Shown here: positions 33,753 through 44,025 of the stretch, piece by piece
How positions within the stretch are numbered: position 1 is the first letter of the stretch
Layout of the letters: each line of letters begins with the position of its first letter
Assembly: GCA_002841685.1 (NCBI GenBank)
Contig: PHAM01000002.1
Coordinates: forward strand, 1-56,535
Origin: Elusimicrobia bacterium HGW-Elusimicrobia-2
GTDB taxonomy: Bacteria > CG03
Direction of reading: 5' to 3'
DNA length: 56,535 bases
Program-made: the position numbers and the translations under genes
The notes under the pieces: model-generated
What the model was told of the DNA's origin: nothing
What the model saw: the letters and a program-made list of their open reading frames with translations, nothing else
The model's database searches: none

Positions 33753-34671
33753 CGGCAAAAACATTCATAATAACATAACGGCGTATTTGTTTCTTGCGCC
33801 TTTTCTCATAGTTTTCTCCTTATTTCTCGCCTATCCGGTAATATATTCACTGGTGCTGAGCCTGCATAAGGTGAGCTGGACAACCAATCTGTATAATATT
33901 TTTTCAGACATGAAATTTGTGGGCTTTGATAATTATATAAAGCTTTTTCATGATTCGCGTTTCTGGTGGTCGCTGATTGTGACGGGTTATTACGCCGTGT
34001 TGACGATTCCGCTCACGGTGTTTCTGGGCTTGATCCTGGCGATACTGCTTAATAATAAACTTCCGGGAGTTTCTCTTTTCAGAAGCGCTTATTTTCTACC
34101 CAGCGTTCTGGATATTCTGGTTGTGGGCATTATCTGGACGCTTATATACAGCCCGCATTTCGGCATTCTTCCGAAAATACTGGATTCTCTCGGATTCAGC
34201 GCTTTTATGGATAAGGGTATTCTGGCAAATCCGCGGACAGCTTTACCCGGTGTGGCGATTGCGATGGTTTTAAGGGGCGCGGGTTTCGGCATGATACTTT
34301 TTCTTTCCGCCATACAGAATATTCCGGTTTCGGTTTACGAGGCGGCGGAGATTGACGGAGCCAACGCATGGCAGAAACTTATCTATATAACGATTCCGCT
34401 GGTTAAGCCCATAATACTTTTTCTTGTTATTATGGGAACAATAGGTTCGCTGAACGCTTTTACGGAAATATATTCAATGACTCAGGGCGGTCCCTATGTT
34501 GTTGAATTTATGGGGGGAATTCAGGGCGCCACCAGAGTTTCGGGCTATTATCTGTTTGAAAAATGGGAAACGATGGAATACGGTTACGCCGCCGCTGTGA
34601 GTTATGTACTGCTCTTCATAACGTTGGGAATTTCACTTGTTAACGCGAAAATGATGAGGAAGAAAAACTAA
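33742..34671 (+). CDS. Carbohydrate ABC transporter permease (MalF/UgpA-type)
   Basis: About 6 TM segments. EAA loop VYEAAEIDGANAWQKLIYITIPLVKP. Confidence 0.88.
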   Translation: MKINGKNIHNNITAYLFLAPFLIVFSLFLAYPVIYSLVLSLHKVSWTTNLYNIFSDMKFVGFDNYIKLFHDSRFWWSLIVTGYYAVLTIPLTVFLGLILAILLNNKLPGVSLFRSAYFLPSVLDILVVGIIWTLIYSPHFGILPKILDSLGFSAFMDKGILANPRTALPGVAIAMVLRGAGFGMILFLSAIQNIPVSVYEAAEIDGANAWQKLIYITIPLVKPIILFLVIMGTIGSLNAFTEIYSMTQGGPYVVEFMGGIQGATRVSGYYLFEKWETMEYGYAAAVSYVLLFITLGISLVNAKMMRKKN

Positions 34672-35510
34672 TGGATGTAGAAAAAATAAGGGAAAGTTTG
34701 AAGAAAACTCTGCTGATGCTGGCTTTGATATTAGGCGCGCTGGTGATGCTGTTTCCTTTTTTCTGGATGCTTTTTGTCGCCGTCAAAGCGGAAGGGCATG
34801 GATTTAAGCTGGATTTTGTTTTTGCCCAGCCGCTGTTTAAGAATTTTGCGGCGGTGTGGAATAACGAGTCCTTTCCTTTTTCAAAGTTTTTTATGAATTC
34901 CCTCATTGTGGCAACGTCGGGGGCTTTTATGACGGCTCTTTTCTGCTCAATGGGGGCGTATGTTTTCGCAAAAAAGAAATTTATTTTTAAAGAAACACTT
35001 TTCTGGATACTCCTTTCCACTCTTATGATTCCAGGGATGATGTACATGGTGCCGCAGTTTGCCATAGTCACAAAACTCGGCTGGATCAACACCTACAAGG
35101 GTATGATTATACCGCATGTGGCGAATATATTCGGGCTTTTCCTGTTAAGGCAGCACATGGAAACGATTCCAGACGCTCTGATATCTTCGGCGGAGATTGA
35201 CGGCGCGAGCGAATGGCAGATTTTCAAAAATATCATGGTGCCGCTGTCCATGCCGGTCATAACGACGGTTTTTCTTTTGACCTTTCTTTTCCAATGGACA
35301 AATTTTCTCTGGCAGCTTGTGGTGAATACCCCCGACAGCATTAAGCTGACGCTGCCTGTCGGGCTGGCTCTTTTTAGAGGACAGTATGCCACTCAATGGA
35401 CATTGCTTATGGCGGCTTCGGCGTTTTCCATAATACCGATTGCCGTGCTTTTCCTCGGTCTCCAAAAATTTTTTATAGAAGGCCTGACAGCGGGAGCGGT
35501 GAAGGAATGA
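34671..35510 (+). CDS. Carbohydrate ABC transporter permease (MalG/UgpE-type)
   Basis: About 6 TM segments. EAA loop LISSAEIDGASEWQIFKNIMVPLSMP. Its start abuts the upstream stop. Confidence 0.88.
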   Translation: MDVEKIRESLKKTLLMLALILGALVMLFPFFWMLFVAVKAEGHGFKLDFVFAQPLFKNFAAVWNNESFPFSKFFMNSLIVATSGAFMTALFCSMGAYVFAKKKFIFKETLFWILLSTLMIPGMMYMVPQFAIVTKLGWINTYKGMIIPHVANIFGLFLLRQHMETIPDALISSAEIDGASEWQIFKNIMVPLSMPVITTVFLLTFLFQWTNFLWQLVVNTPDSIKLTLPVGLALFRGQYATQWTLLMAASAFSIIPIAVLFLGLQKFFIEGLTAGAVKE

Positions 35511-36772
35511 AAAATCAAAAATTAAAATTATTTGTTTTTTTTATCGCCGCTATCGCCGCAATAAATTCCTGCGGAAGGCCCGGCGCGGAGGGAAAGGATA
35601 TAAAGAAAGTTGTTCTCTGGGAAACATACAACAATGAAGAGCACAAAGAGCTTGAAAGTATTGCAAGGGAATTTGAAAAAAACAATCCGGGAACACAGAT
35701 AAGCGTTCAGAGAGTTCCGTGGGGCGGTCATGAGTCCAAGCTTATGACGTCAATGATAACGAATACGGCGCCGGATATAGCCCGTGTGGATGTCGCTTTT
35801 CTGCCGCGCCTGGTGATATCCGGTTCTGTTTTGGAACTGACGCAGTATGGGGAAATAAATACGGAAGATTATGTGAAGGCAGCGATAAACTCAAATGTGT
35901 GGATAGAAAACGGCGTTAAAAAAATTTACGGTTTGCCCGATCAGACAACAGGCGCCGCGCTTTTTTACAACAAAAAAATGTTCAGGGCAAGCGGTATCAA
36001 ATCCCCGCCTGAAACATGGGACGAGTTCCTCGTAGCGGCGAAACTGCTGACGAAAGATAAAAACGGCGACGGACGTCCCGATCAGTTCGGCTTTGCCATG
36101 GATAAGGAACTGTGGTGGACATTTCCGTTTTTTAACACATACGGAGTGAAGTTTCTAACGGATGACGGAAAAAGATGCATCCTTAATTCGGAAGCCGGCG
36201 TTAGGGCTCTGCAGTTTAAGGTGGACCTTTATCAAAAATATAAGGTTGAGGCTGGCGCCTGGCAGAGCGGCGCGATCGCGCCTGATACGGGCTTTATTAA
36301 CGAAATGTACGCGATGATTTTAACAGGGCCCTGGAATATAAAGAGATTTCGGGACGCGGGACTGGATTTCGGAATTGCCCTTATTCCGCGCGGTCCGGCC
36401 GGCACTTCAACAAATGTCGGAGGCTCTAATATGGTTGTTCTTAAAAAAGCCCGCCATCCCGAACTTTGTTTTAAATTTCTGAAATATCTGACCTCTGACC
36501 GGGTTCAGGCAAGGTGGGCTTCTGATCTGACTCAGATTCCGGTTAACATTAACAGCGCAAAATACATAGATTTTTCAAAGCAGCCGGACATAGAAATTTT
36601 TTTTGAACAGATGAAAACGGCAGTTGCCCGTCCTAAAGTTGTTTCTTATGCGGCTCTTGCGAATACGGTGAATCCTTATTTATATGCAGCGCTTGCGGGC
36701 AAGAAAACAGTCAAAGAGGCTCTTGATACAATTGCTGAAAAAATAGATGAAGAAGTCCTTGTTGAAAAATAA
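35507..36772 (+). CDS. Extracellular sugar (maltodextrin-type) ABC substrate-binding lipoprotein
   Basis: ATG 35507 overlaps the upstream TGA (ATGA). The track start 35396 lies inside the permease gene. Lipobox AAINSC. Family-1 SBP features: KKVVLWETYNNEEH, ITNTAPDIARVD, GLPDQTTGAALFYNKKMF, LTGPWN. Confidence 0.85.
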   Translation: MKNQKLKLFVFFIAAIAAINSCGRPGAEGKDIKKVVLWETYNNEEHKELESIAREFEKNNPGTQISVQRVPWGGHESKLMTSMITNTAPDIARVDVAFLPRLVISGSVLELTQYGEINTEDYVKAAINSNVWIENGVKKIYGLPDQTTGAALFYNKKMFRASGIKSPPETWDEFLVAAKLLTKDKNGDGRPDQFGFAMDKELWWTFPFFNTYGVKFLTDDGKRCILNSEAGVRALQFKVDLYQKYKVEAGAWQSGAIAPDTGFINEMYAMILTGPWNIKRFRDAGLDFGIALIPRGPAGTSTNVGGSNMVVLKKARHPELCFKFLKYLTSDRVQARWASDLTQIPVNINSAKYIDFSKQPDIEIFFEQMKTAVARPKVVSYAALANTVNPYLYAALAGKKTVKEALDTIAEKIDEEVLVEK

Positions 36773-36907
36773 TAGGGACGGAGGTAATTTAATTGCTAAT
36801 AATTCCAAGATTTCAAGAAAACAAGTTATTTAATTTATGCCATTTTTAAAAGTAATTTTTAGAATAATTGGATTTGTTGTAATATTAATTACCTCCGTCC
36901 CTATTTT
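36771..36907 (+). mobile_element. 137-bp REPIN/MITE-like derivative of the RAYT element
   Basis: Left arm aatagggacggaggtaatttaa (36771-36792) starts inside the TAA stop of the SBP gene. Right arm ttaattacctccgtccctatttt (36885-36907) lies in the 5' end of ORF 36837. Confidence 0.8.
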
Positions 36908-39155
36908 TGCCACGGAGCCGAGGGCGGGTTTGCCAGGGGAAGTGATACGCGCAAAGCTTTTTATGAAAGGGGTGACAGACATTGTTTCGCCTTTTGCCGG
37001 TTTCACTTATGAGAAAGATGATTCTTTTTTTCTGAAGCTGCCTGAAAAAGAAGGCATTGAGCTTATAGACTTAAAAATTACCAAAGCGGACGGGGAAATA
37101 TCCGAAATAACTCTGCCGCTCATGATAAAAAAAATTTCTTCAAAATTATTCACTTATACGAGCGAAGGTCCGGTTCCTGCGGAGAAAGTGTCTGTCGCCG
37201 GAAGTTTTAACGGCTGGAATGCCGTTTCTGATGTTATGACGAAGAAGGCATCGGGTAATTTTGAAATTCTGATGCCCGTGCCGCCGGGTATTCACAGTTA
37301 TAAATTAGTCGTTGACGGGAAATGGATAACTGACCCGGCAAATCCCGAAAAATCCGCGGACGGCTTCGGCGGTTTTAATTCCATTTTAACTATCAAGGAA
37401 AAAAAAGTTAAAACACCTTTTCAGGAGAGAGAAAGTCTTGAGGGCGGAAAATGGAACCTCGTATTCTCGTATTTTGACGACGCTTTTAAAGGCTATAAAG
37501 TAATACTGTATTACCGGGGTGAAGTGAGAGAGAAAGTTTATGACGGAACTTCAGTAAGTTTTTCCCTACCTGAAGGAAAAGGCCTGGAAACCGCCTATTT
37601 ATGGGCTTCGGACAGGGTTGGTAATTTCTCGCCTATGTGTATAATACCGAAAAATTTTTCAGAAGACCCCTCATGGCCCCAGACTGTTATATACAGCATT
37701 GTGACCGACAGGTTCAAAGACGGCGATAAATCAAATAATAAGCCCCTCGTGCAGGAGGGGCTCAGCCCGAAAGCAAATTATATGGGCGGTGATTTCGCCG
37801 GAATAAAGCAGAAAATAGAAGAAGGGTATTTTGACCGTCTCGGCGTGAATTGTTTATGGATATCTCCCGTCGCAGACAACACTGATGAAGCTTTTAAGGA
37901 TGCGCTTCCGCCGTACCGTTATTTCAGCGCTTATCACGGTTACTGGCCGGTTTCATCCGTAAAAACCGAAGAACATTTCGGAAGCGCGGCTGATTTAAAA
38001 GCTATGATTAAAACGGCTCATGCTCACGGTATAAAAGTGATAGATGATATGGTGTTCAATCATGTCCATAAGGAGCATCCGTGGTATGGAGAACACCCTG
38101 AATGGTTTGGAAAACTGGAACTTCCCAACGGAGAAAAGAACATAAGAAAATTTGATGAGTATCCTTTCACCACATGGTTTGATTCTTTTTTACCCTCATT
38201 TGATTACAGTAATGGCAAAGCCGTTGAGGCTGTGGTAAAAAACGCGCTGTGGTGGATAGAAGAATTCGGCTTTGACGGAGCGAGGATGGACGCGGTTAAG
38301 CACATTCCTTATAATTTTTGGAAAGCTTTCGCTGGGGCGACGGAAGAAACCTTTGGCCGTAAATTTTATATGGTGGGGGAATCCATAGCGTCAAGAAAAG
38401 ACATAAACAGTTTTGTTTCCGCGGAAATGCTGGACGGACAGTTTGATTTTCCGCTTTACTGGCCCATAAGAGACGTGTTCGCCCTCGGGAAAGAAAATTA
38501 CAAAATGCTTTCAGAACAGCTTGGGGATTCGCTTGAAAACTACAAGAATGTTTATTATATGTCGCCTCTTTTGGGAAATCACGATTTTCCGCGTTTTATG
38601 GCTTATGCCGACGGCGATATTACGGGAGATGAAAAGAAAATAGGATGGGAGAATCCTCCCCGGGTAGATAATCCCGAAAGTTATGGAAAGATAAAAAACG
38701 TTTTCACTTTTCTTTTGACAAATCCGGGCGTTCCGATGATTTATTACGGGGATGAAATAGCTATGACGGGCGCCGCCGATCCGGACAACAGAAGAATGAT
38801 GACGTGGGATAATACGGGAAAAAATGAGAAGGACGTTTTTGACCGTGTTTCAAAACTTCTTCATTTCAGAGCGAAATCTCCCGCCGTCACAATGGGGCGT
38901 CACGACGATCTTTTGACGGAAGATAAACTGTGGGCATACATAAAACATTATTTTCAGGACAGCGTTATAGTTGTTTTCAACGCCCACCAGCAAAAGCGCA
39001 AGCTGGTTTTAAAGCTGCCTGAATATGTTCCCCCGGGCGGCTTTTACAAAAGCATATTTACGGGTATAAAATATAAAATTAAAAAAGGACAGGTTGTGAT
39101 AAAAATGCCCGCCGCAAGTTCCGACGTTTTCTGTTTTGTAAAAGAGTGCGAATAA
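36837..39155 (+). CDS. GH13 alpha-amylase-family enzyme with CBM48-like module
   Basis: N-terminus MPFLKVIFRIIGFVVILITSVPIFA is encoded within the element. CBM48-like module: VSVAGSFNGWN...HSYKLVVDGKWITDP...ADGFGGFNSIL. GH13 regions VIDDMVFNHV, GARMDAVKH, MVGESI, LGNHDFPRF, YYGDEIAMTG. Confidence 0.88.
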   Translation: MPFLKVIFRIIGFVVILITSVPIFATEPRAGLPGEVIRAKLFMKGVTDIVSPFAGFTYEKDDSFFLKLPEKEGIELIDLKITKADGEISEITLPLMIKKISSKLFTYTSEGPVPAEKVSVAGSFNGWNAVSDVMTKKASGNFEILMPVPPGIHSYKLVVDGKWITDPANPEKSADGFGGFNSILTIKEKKVKTPFQERESLEGGKWNLVFSYFDDAFKGYKVILYYRGEVREKVYDGTSVSFSLPEGKGLETAYLWASDRVGNFSPMCIIPKNFSEDPSWPQTVIYSIVTDRFKDGDKSNNKPLVQEGLSPKANYMGGDFAGIKQKIEEGYFDRLGVNCLWISPVADNTDEAFKDALPPYRYFSAYHGYWPVSSVKTEEHFGSAADLKAMIKTAHAHGIKVIDDMVFNHVHKEHPWYGEHPEWFGKLELPNGEKNIRKFDEYPFTTWFDSFLPSFDYSNGKAVEAVVKNALWWIEEFGFDGARMDAVKHIPYNFWKAFAGATEETFGRKFYMVGESIASRKDINSFVSAEMLDGQFDFPLYWPIRDVFALGKENYKMLSEQLGDSLENYKNVYYMSPLLGNHDFPRFMAYADGDITGDEKKIGWENPPRVDNPESYGKIKNVFTFLLTNPGVPMIYYGDEIAMTGAADPDNRRMMTWDNTGKNEKDVFDRVSKLLHFRAKSPAVTMGRHDDLLTEDKLWAYIKHYFQDSVIVVFNAHQQKRKLVLKLPEYVPPGGFYKSIFTGIKYKIKKGQVVIKMPAASSDVFCFVKECE

Positions 39156-39232
39156 TCGGGGCCAGATATTGACATTGAATAGGAGTATAGTATGTCAAAT
39201 GTCAAGACCTGACCCCATTATAGGAGGATAAA

Positions 39233-39544
39233 GTGAAGAGCAAGGAAGAGCTGATAGCCAATTTGAGAAAACAGATGCAGGATATTAAGAAAATGCCTGT
39301 CAGTCTGAAAAAAATGAAGGGCGAGATAAAATTTCTGATTGAGCAGCTTGAGGATGAGAGCAAAACCGGCACACCGCCGACGTACAATCTCGGTTCAAAA
39401 GAATACAGAGCAGCTCTTGATGATGTTATAAGAGAACTGAAAATTAATATAAAAATTCTCAAAAAAACCGGTGATTTTATAATGTCTCTGCAGAAGGAAA
39501 GCAGCATACCGCTTTCTCAGGAAGCCGTTAAATTTGACGACTGA
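39233..39544 (+). CDS. Hypothetical small coiled-coil protein
   Basis: AGGAGG lies 5 nt before GTG 39233. 103 aa, charged and helical. It overlaps the next gene by 11 nt. No family recognised. Confidence 0.45.
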   Translation: MKSKEELIANLRKQMQDIKKMPVSLKKMKGEIKFLIEQLEDESKTGTPPTYNLGSKEYRAALDDVIRELKINIKILKKTGDFIMSLQKESSIPLSQEAVKFDD

Positions 39545-41351
39545 AAGCAGAAAAAACATAAAGCCCGCCGAGGAATGGCTTCTGACAAATGAGTTAGGCG
39601 GATATTCTTCACAAACATCCGGTAGAAAAAACTCCCGGAGATTCCATTCCCTGCTTATGGAATCCCGCAATCTGACGCGGTATAATCTGCTCAATTCCGT
39701 TAAAATCGCCGGCTTGACAAAAGTTGTTCTTCTGCAGGTCTCCCCGAGCGTTAAGTACGCTTTGTCGGGAAAAAATTTTACGCTTATTGAAGAAATATCA
39801 TTGTCCCCCCGTAAAAACGCGGTGGAGCTGTGTTATCGCGCCGAAAACGGGAAATGCGTCAAGCCCTTTGAAATCCGGCCTTTTTTTTCAATGAGGTTGA
39901 GTCATTATCTGAGGGCTAATGCTGATGATATAATTTTTCGCGCACACGCGCTCGGCGGCAGCCTGAAAACGCCGGAAACAGTTTGTTTTTTTAAAGGTGA
40001 CAGCGCTTTTATAAGCAAAAAAAAGATTAAGAACGCTTATTATTCCGAGGACAAAATAAGAGACGGAAGCTGTCGCGAGATGCTGTTTTCTCCCGGATTC
40101 TGGAAAACGGATATCAAAAAGGGCGGTGAGTTCAGAATTGTTTTTTCATCCGGCGCCGCCGCTTTGAGCAAGTATCAGAAGATGAATTTTTCCGGACAGA
40201 GGCTGCGCAGGGGAAAAGAATTTTTGAAAAATTTCAAATGCAAAAATTCTTTTTTTGAAAAACTTCTGTTGAAATCTCCTGATTTTGACGCGCACGGAGA
40301 AATTGTCGCCGGCTTCCACTGGTTTGAGGCATGGGGCAGGGATACGATGATTTCCATGCCGGGGCTTCTTCTATGCACGGGGCGAAAAGAAAAGGCAAAA
40401 AAGATTTTCAGAAGCGCGGCCGCCTCGCTACGGAACGGCCTATTGCCGAATATTTTTTCAACGCAGGCGAATAAAGCGTCTTATAACGCTGTTGACGCGT
40501 CGCTGTGGTTTATCTGGGCTCTTTCCCAATACCGCAGAAATTTCGGCGCCCGCGATAGTTTTTTAAAAGAAATGAAAAAACCGGTGAGCGAAATTATAAA
40601 AAATTACAGAAGGGGAACGGAATTTGGCATAAAAATGGATCCCTCGGACGCGCTTATAACGGCGGGGCAGAAAGGCAAGGCTCTCACCTGGATGGACGCT
40701 GTTTTTCAAGGCCGCCCGATAACGCCCAGAGCGGGCAAACCTGTTGAAATTCAGGGCTTGTGGTATAACGCCTTAAAATTCGCAGCCGCTATGGGCGTGA
40801 AGGATGCGGGAATTCTTGCGGCGCGAGCTGCCGAATCAATTAAAGAAAAATATTTTCTTAAAGAGGGCTATATGGCTGATTTAATAGATCTCGACGGTCA
40901 AGCTGATAAGAGTTTGAGGCCGAATCAGATAATAACTCTCGCTATTATGAAAGATGTTCTTCCGTCCGCTCCCGTTTCAAAAGCTATGAAAATTATTGAC
41001 GAGAAACTGCTTACGCCTTTCGGACTGCGGACGCTTGACAGAAAAGCGCGCGAATACAAAGGGATATACTGGGGGAATCTTGAAAAAAGAGATAGCGCGT
41101 ATCATCAGGGAACAGTGTGGCCGTGGCTTCTGCAGTTTTATTATGCTCTGCGGAAACCCTCCCGCGCGAGGTTTGAAAAAATATGGACGGGCCATTTTAA
41201 AAAAGCGGGAATTGATTGTGTCTCCGAGATATTTGACGCTGACGAGCCTTATTACGGCAGAGGATGTATCCACCAGGCATGGTCAGCGGCGGCGCTGATA
41301 TATACGAGTTTCGCCAACGGCTGGATAAAAGCCCGCGGCAATCATAGATGA
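39534..41351 (+). CDS. Amylo-alpha-1,6-glucosidase / glycogen debranching enzyme (GDE_C-type)
   Basis: EEWLLTNELGGYSS at the N-terminus. HWFEAWGRDTMISMPGLLL, LPNIFS, ASLWFIWAL, LTWMDA, GKPVEIQGLWYNAL, HQGTVWPWLL, CIHQAWSAA. Confidence 0.85.
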   Translation: MTTESRKNIKPAEEWLLTNELGGYSSQTSGRKNSRRFHSLLMESRNLTRYNLLNSVKIAGLTKVVLLQVSPSVKYALSGKNFTLIEEISLSPRKNAVELCYRAENGKCVKPFEIRPFFSMRLSHYLRANADDIIFRAHALGGSLKTPETVCFFKGDSAFISKKKIKNAYYSEDKIRDGSCREMLFSPGFWKTDIKKGGEFRIVFSSGAAALSKYQKMNFSGQRLRRGKEFLKNFKCKNSFFEKLLLKSPDFDAHGEIVAGFHWFEAWGRDTMISMPGLLLCTGRKEKAKKIFRSAAASLRNGLLPNIFSTQANKASYNAVDASLWFIWALSQYRRNFGARDSFLKEMKKPVSEIIKNYRRGTEFGIKMDPSDALITAGQKGKALTWMDAVFQGRPITPRAGKPVEIQGLWYNALKFAAAMGVKDAGILAARAAESIKEKYFLKEGYMADLIDLDGQADKSLRPNQIITLAIMKDVLPSAPVSKAMKIIDEKLLTPFGLRTLDRKAREYKGIYWGNLEKRDSAYHQGTVWPWLLQFYYALRKPSRARFEKIWTGHFKKAGIDCVSEIFDADEPYYGRGCIHQAWSAAALIYTSFANGWIKARGNHR

Positions 41352-42751
41352 ATACGGAATTTAAGGATCCGGCCAACAAACAATCATTCGCAGGGAGAGG
41401 GCATGGGCGCCGGGATAATTCTCTGAAAAAATTACTTTTTGAGTGCGTCTCTTTTATTTTGATTAGCGCGGGTTTCTGGTTTGTCTTGTACATTCTGATA
41501 AAGGCGGAGTCGCCCGAACACTATTTTGTTTTTTTTATTTTTATTCAGATTGCGGCATTTCTCTTTTTTTCGACTTATGCGTCAGCTGTGATTGCTGTTC
41601 TGTCGACGCTGGTTGCTGCAGCGGCGTTTATTACGGGGTCCGACGGAGTGAAAGTTTTTGCCGCGCTTGCTGTTTTAATTTACTGGGCAATTATCTGCTT
41701 TTTGAATATGTACGAAAATAGAGAAACCGAAAGTTGCGGCCGGAATAAATTACTGCTGGAAAATATGCAAGGCGCGATCGCGGAACTTGAAACAGCCCTT
41801 AAGAGCGGAGCGAAACTTATTCCCGCGCTGAAAAAGGGCATAGCGAGTTATGAGAAAATGGCGGAATTTTCGCTGAAACTCGGCACGACTTTTTCTCTGA
41901 AGGATATTTCCATGTTTATAATAAAATTTACGCGGAGTATTTTTCAGGAAGCGGAAGTGAAACTTATAAAACAGGCGGGGGACGCCTGCGACAGATGGGT
42001 GTATTCAAGCCAGAAACCGGTGTATATAGAAAATACCGCCATGGACTACAGATTTGACCTGCACAATTCCGGCGACGCCTCGTCTATAATAGCCTGTCCC
42101 GTTTTCAACGGGGAGAACATACAGTCTATTATAAAAGTGATAGGGAGGCAGGGCGGGCTTTTACCGTCGGACTTGAGGGTTTTGACCTTAATAGCGACTC
42201 TTTCCTCGCTGGCGGTTGAGAATGTGAAGCTTTTTGAAACAACGCAGAATCTGGCAATAACGGATGATCTCACGGGGCTGTATAATCACTCGTATTTTAT
42301 GGAAAGACTGGCAGAAGAAATTTCAAGGGCATCAAGGCACGGCGAGGAATTTGTTTTCCTGATGCTGGACATTGATCATTTTAAAAAATTCAACGATGAT
42401 TTCGGTCATCAGGCCGGCGACGAGGTGATTAGACGCGTTGCCCTTGGAATTATACAAACAATACGCAACACTGATATCGTCGGCCGTTATGGCGGCGAGG
42501 AATTTTCGGTGATACTGCCGCGGACGGATTTAAAAAGAGGCCTCGTGATTGCCCGGCACATAACAGAAATGGTAAAGAAGGAAAGATTTAATTTTGACGG
42601 CAAATACGCGGGAGTCACGGTGACGGTGGGACTTTCAAGTTTTCAGGACTACAGGGAAGAAGATAAAATTATTACCGCCGCCGACGAGGCTCTGTATGAG
42701 GGCAAGAAAAAAGGGCGCGACAGGGTTGTGGCGCGAGGCAGCTTAAAATGA
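41348..42751 (+). CDS. Membrane-anchored GAF-like/GGDEF diguanylate cyclase
   Basis: N-terminal TM segments. LTGLYNHSYF, DIDHFKKFNDDFGHQAGD, RYGGEEFSVILP, ALYEGKKKGRDR. Confidence 0.85.
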   Translation: MNTEFKDPANKQSFAGRGHGRRDNSLKKLLFECVSFILISAGFWFVLYILIKAESPEHYFVFFIFIQIAAFLFFSTYASAVIAVLSTLVAAAAFITGSDGVKVFAALAVLIYWAIICFLNMYENRETESCGRNKLLLENMQGAIAELETALKSGAKLIPALKKGIASYEKMAEFSLKLGTTFSLKDISMFIIKFTRSIFQEAEVKLIKQAGDACDRWVYSSQKPVYIENTAMDYRFDLHNSGDASSIIACPVFNGENIQSIIKVIGRQGGLLPSDLRVLTLIATLSSLAVENVKLFETTQNLAITDDLTGLYNHSYFMERLAEEISRASRHGEEFVFLMLDIDHFKKFNDDFGHQAGDEVIRRVALGIIQTIRNTDIVGRYGGEEFSVILPRTDLKRGLVIARHITEMVKKERFNFDGKYAGVTVTVGLSSFQDYREEDKIITAADEALYEGKKKGRDRVVARGSLK

Positions 42752-44025
42752 ATTGCGGCAAAACGCGCATGAACGCGCTGCGGTTTTTTCTTGCGGCCGC
42801 GATGCTTGCCGTTTTTTTTACCGCTCCGGGGAGATACGGTATTTTTATAGCGGCCTCTTTGGGTATGATACTTATTTTTTCTATACCGCCGGGGAAAATT
42901 AACACAGCCGGCAAATTATTCGTTTCCGTTACAGCCGCCGTGCCGCTTGTGTCGTTCGGCGGCGCTATGCATTATATGTACGCGGCCCTCGCGCTGTTTT
43001 TAGTTATTCCCGATTTGAAAATACTTGCATCCCGGAAAAAGAATTACAGTGATTTTAAAATAAAATTCGGTGGGATTGAGGAGAAACTTCTTGCGCTGGA
43101 GAAAGAGAATTCCGAAACTTCAAAGGGAATTGAGGAACTTGAGAACGAAATTGAAAGATATGAAAAACTCTATGAGCTCTCAAAAACCATGGAATCTGTT
43201 TCCGACGGAAAAGAACTTGCGAAGAAATCGATTGAAACTTTTTCACTGAAACTCGGTGTGGATGCGCTCGCTTTTTTTAGCGCTACGGGCGGCGGCAACG
43301 AAATTTTATGCTCAAAAAATCTGTCGGCGGATGAATACGGGGTATGGAAATCCATGGTTGGCAAAATACAGAACAAACCCGGTGCGGAATACTATGAATT
43401 TGAACTTGTGGCCGGGGGGAAGAAGCTCGGCTCGGTCATGGCTGGGGGAAAACTTGACTCTTTGCAGATTAAAAGCGCCGAGGTTATAGCGTCACAGGTG
43501 GCGCTGGGCTGGGAAAAAATACTGCTTTACGAAAAAGTGAGGGAGCTTTCAAGAATAGACGGTTTAACAGGGCTTTTCCTCAGGAAGTATTTCATGGGCC
43601 GTCTGAACGAAGAAATTGTTCGCGCCGGAAGGTACAATTATAAAATCGCGTTTCTCATGTGCGATCTGGATCTCTTCAAAACCTATAATGATACCTATGG
43701 CCATCCTGTGGGCGATGAGGCGCTCAAAGCAGTGGCCGCTAAAATTAAGGAAAATATTTATAAATCCGATTTGGCCGGCCGTTACGGCGGCGAAGAGTTT
43801 TGCGTGTATATGCCGGTATCGGATGAAAGCGGCACACGCAAAAAAGCGCAGCGGATTGTGGAGGCGGTAAGATGCGAAACTCCCGTGACGATTTCTGCGG
43901 GGCTGGCTTTTTTCCCGGCGGATGCTTTGACCGCGGAAGATTTAATAAAGTCGGCGGATAAGGCGTTGTATAAGGCTAAAGAAAAAGGGAGAGATATCGT
44001 TTGCGAATATGAGCAAGGGGTGTGA
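42748..44025 (+). CDS. Membrane-anchored GGDEF diguanylate cyclase
   Basis: N-terminal TM segments and a coiled coil. LTGLFLRKYF, DLDLFKTYNDTYGHPVGD, RYGGEEFCVYMP, ALYKAKEKGRD. Confidence 0.85.
   Translation: MNCGKTRMNALRFFLAAAMLAVFFTAPGRYGIFIAASLGMILIFSIPPGKINTAGKLFVSVTAAVPLVSFGGAMHYMYAALALFLVIPDLKILASRKKNYSDFKIKFGGIEEKLLALEKENSETSKGIEELENEIERYEKLYELSKTMESVSDGKELAKKSIETFSLKLGVDALAFFSATGGGNEILCSKNLSADEYGVWKSMVGKIQNKPGAEYYEFELVAGGKKLGSVMAGGKLDSLQIKSAEVIASQVALGWEKILLYEKVRELSRIDGLTGLFLRKYFMGRLNEEIVRAGRYNYKIAFLMCDLDLFKTYNDTYGHPVGDEALKAVAAKIKENIYKSDLAGRYGGEEFCVYMPVSDESGTRKKAQRIVEAVRCETPVTISAGLAFFPADALTAEDLIKSADKALYKAKEKGRDIVCEYEQGV

Noticed and set aside
19274-36907. The possibility that the recurring gggacggaggtaatt / aattacctccgtccc sequences form a CRISPR array.
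   Set aside because: The copies occur as inverted pairs, not direct repeats. They are spaced kilobases apart at gene boundaries and one pair encloses a transposase gene. No cas genes and no regular repeat-spacer periodicity are present.
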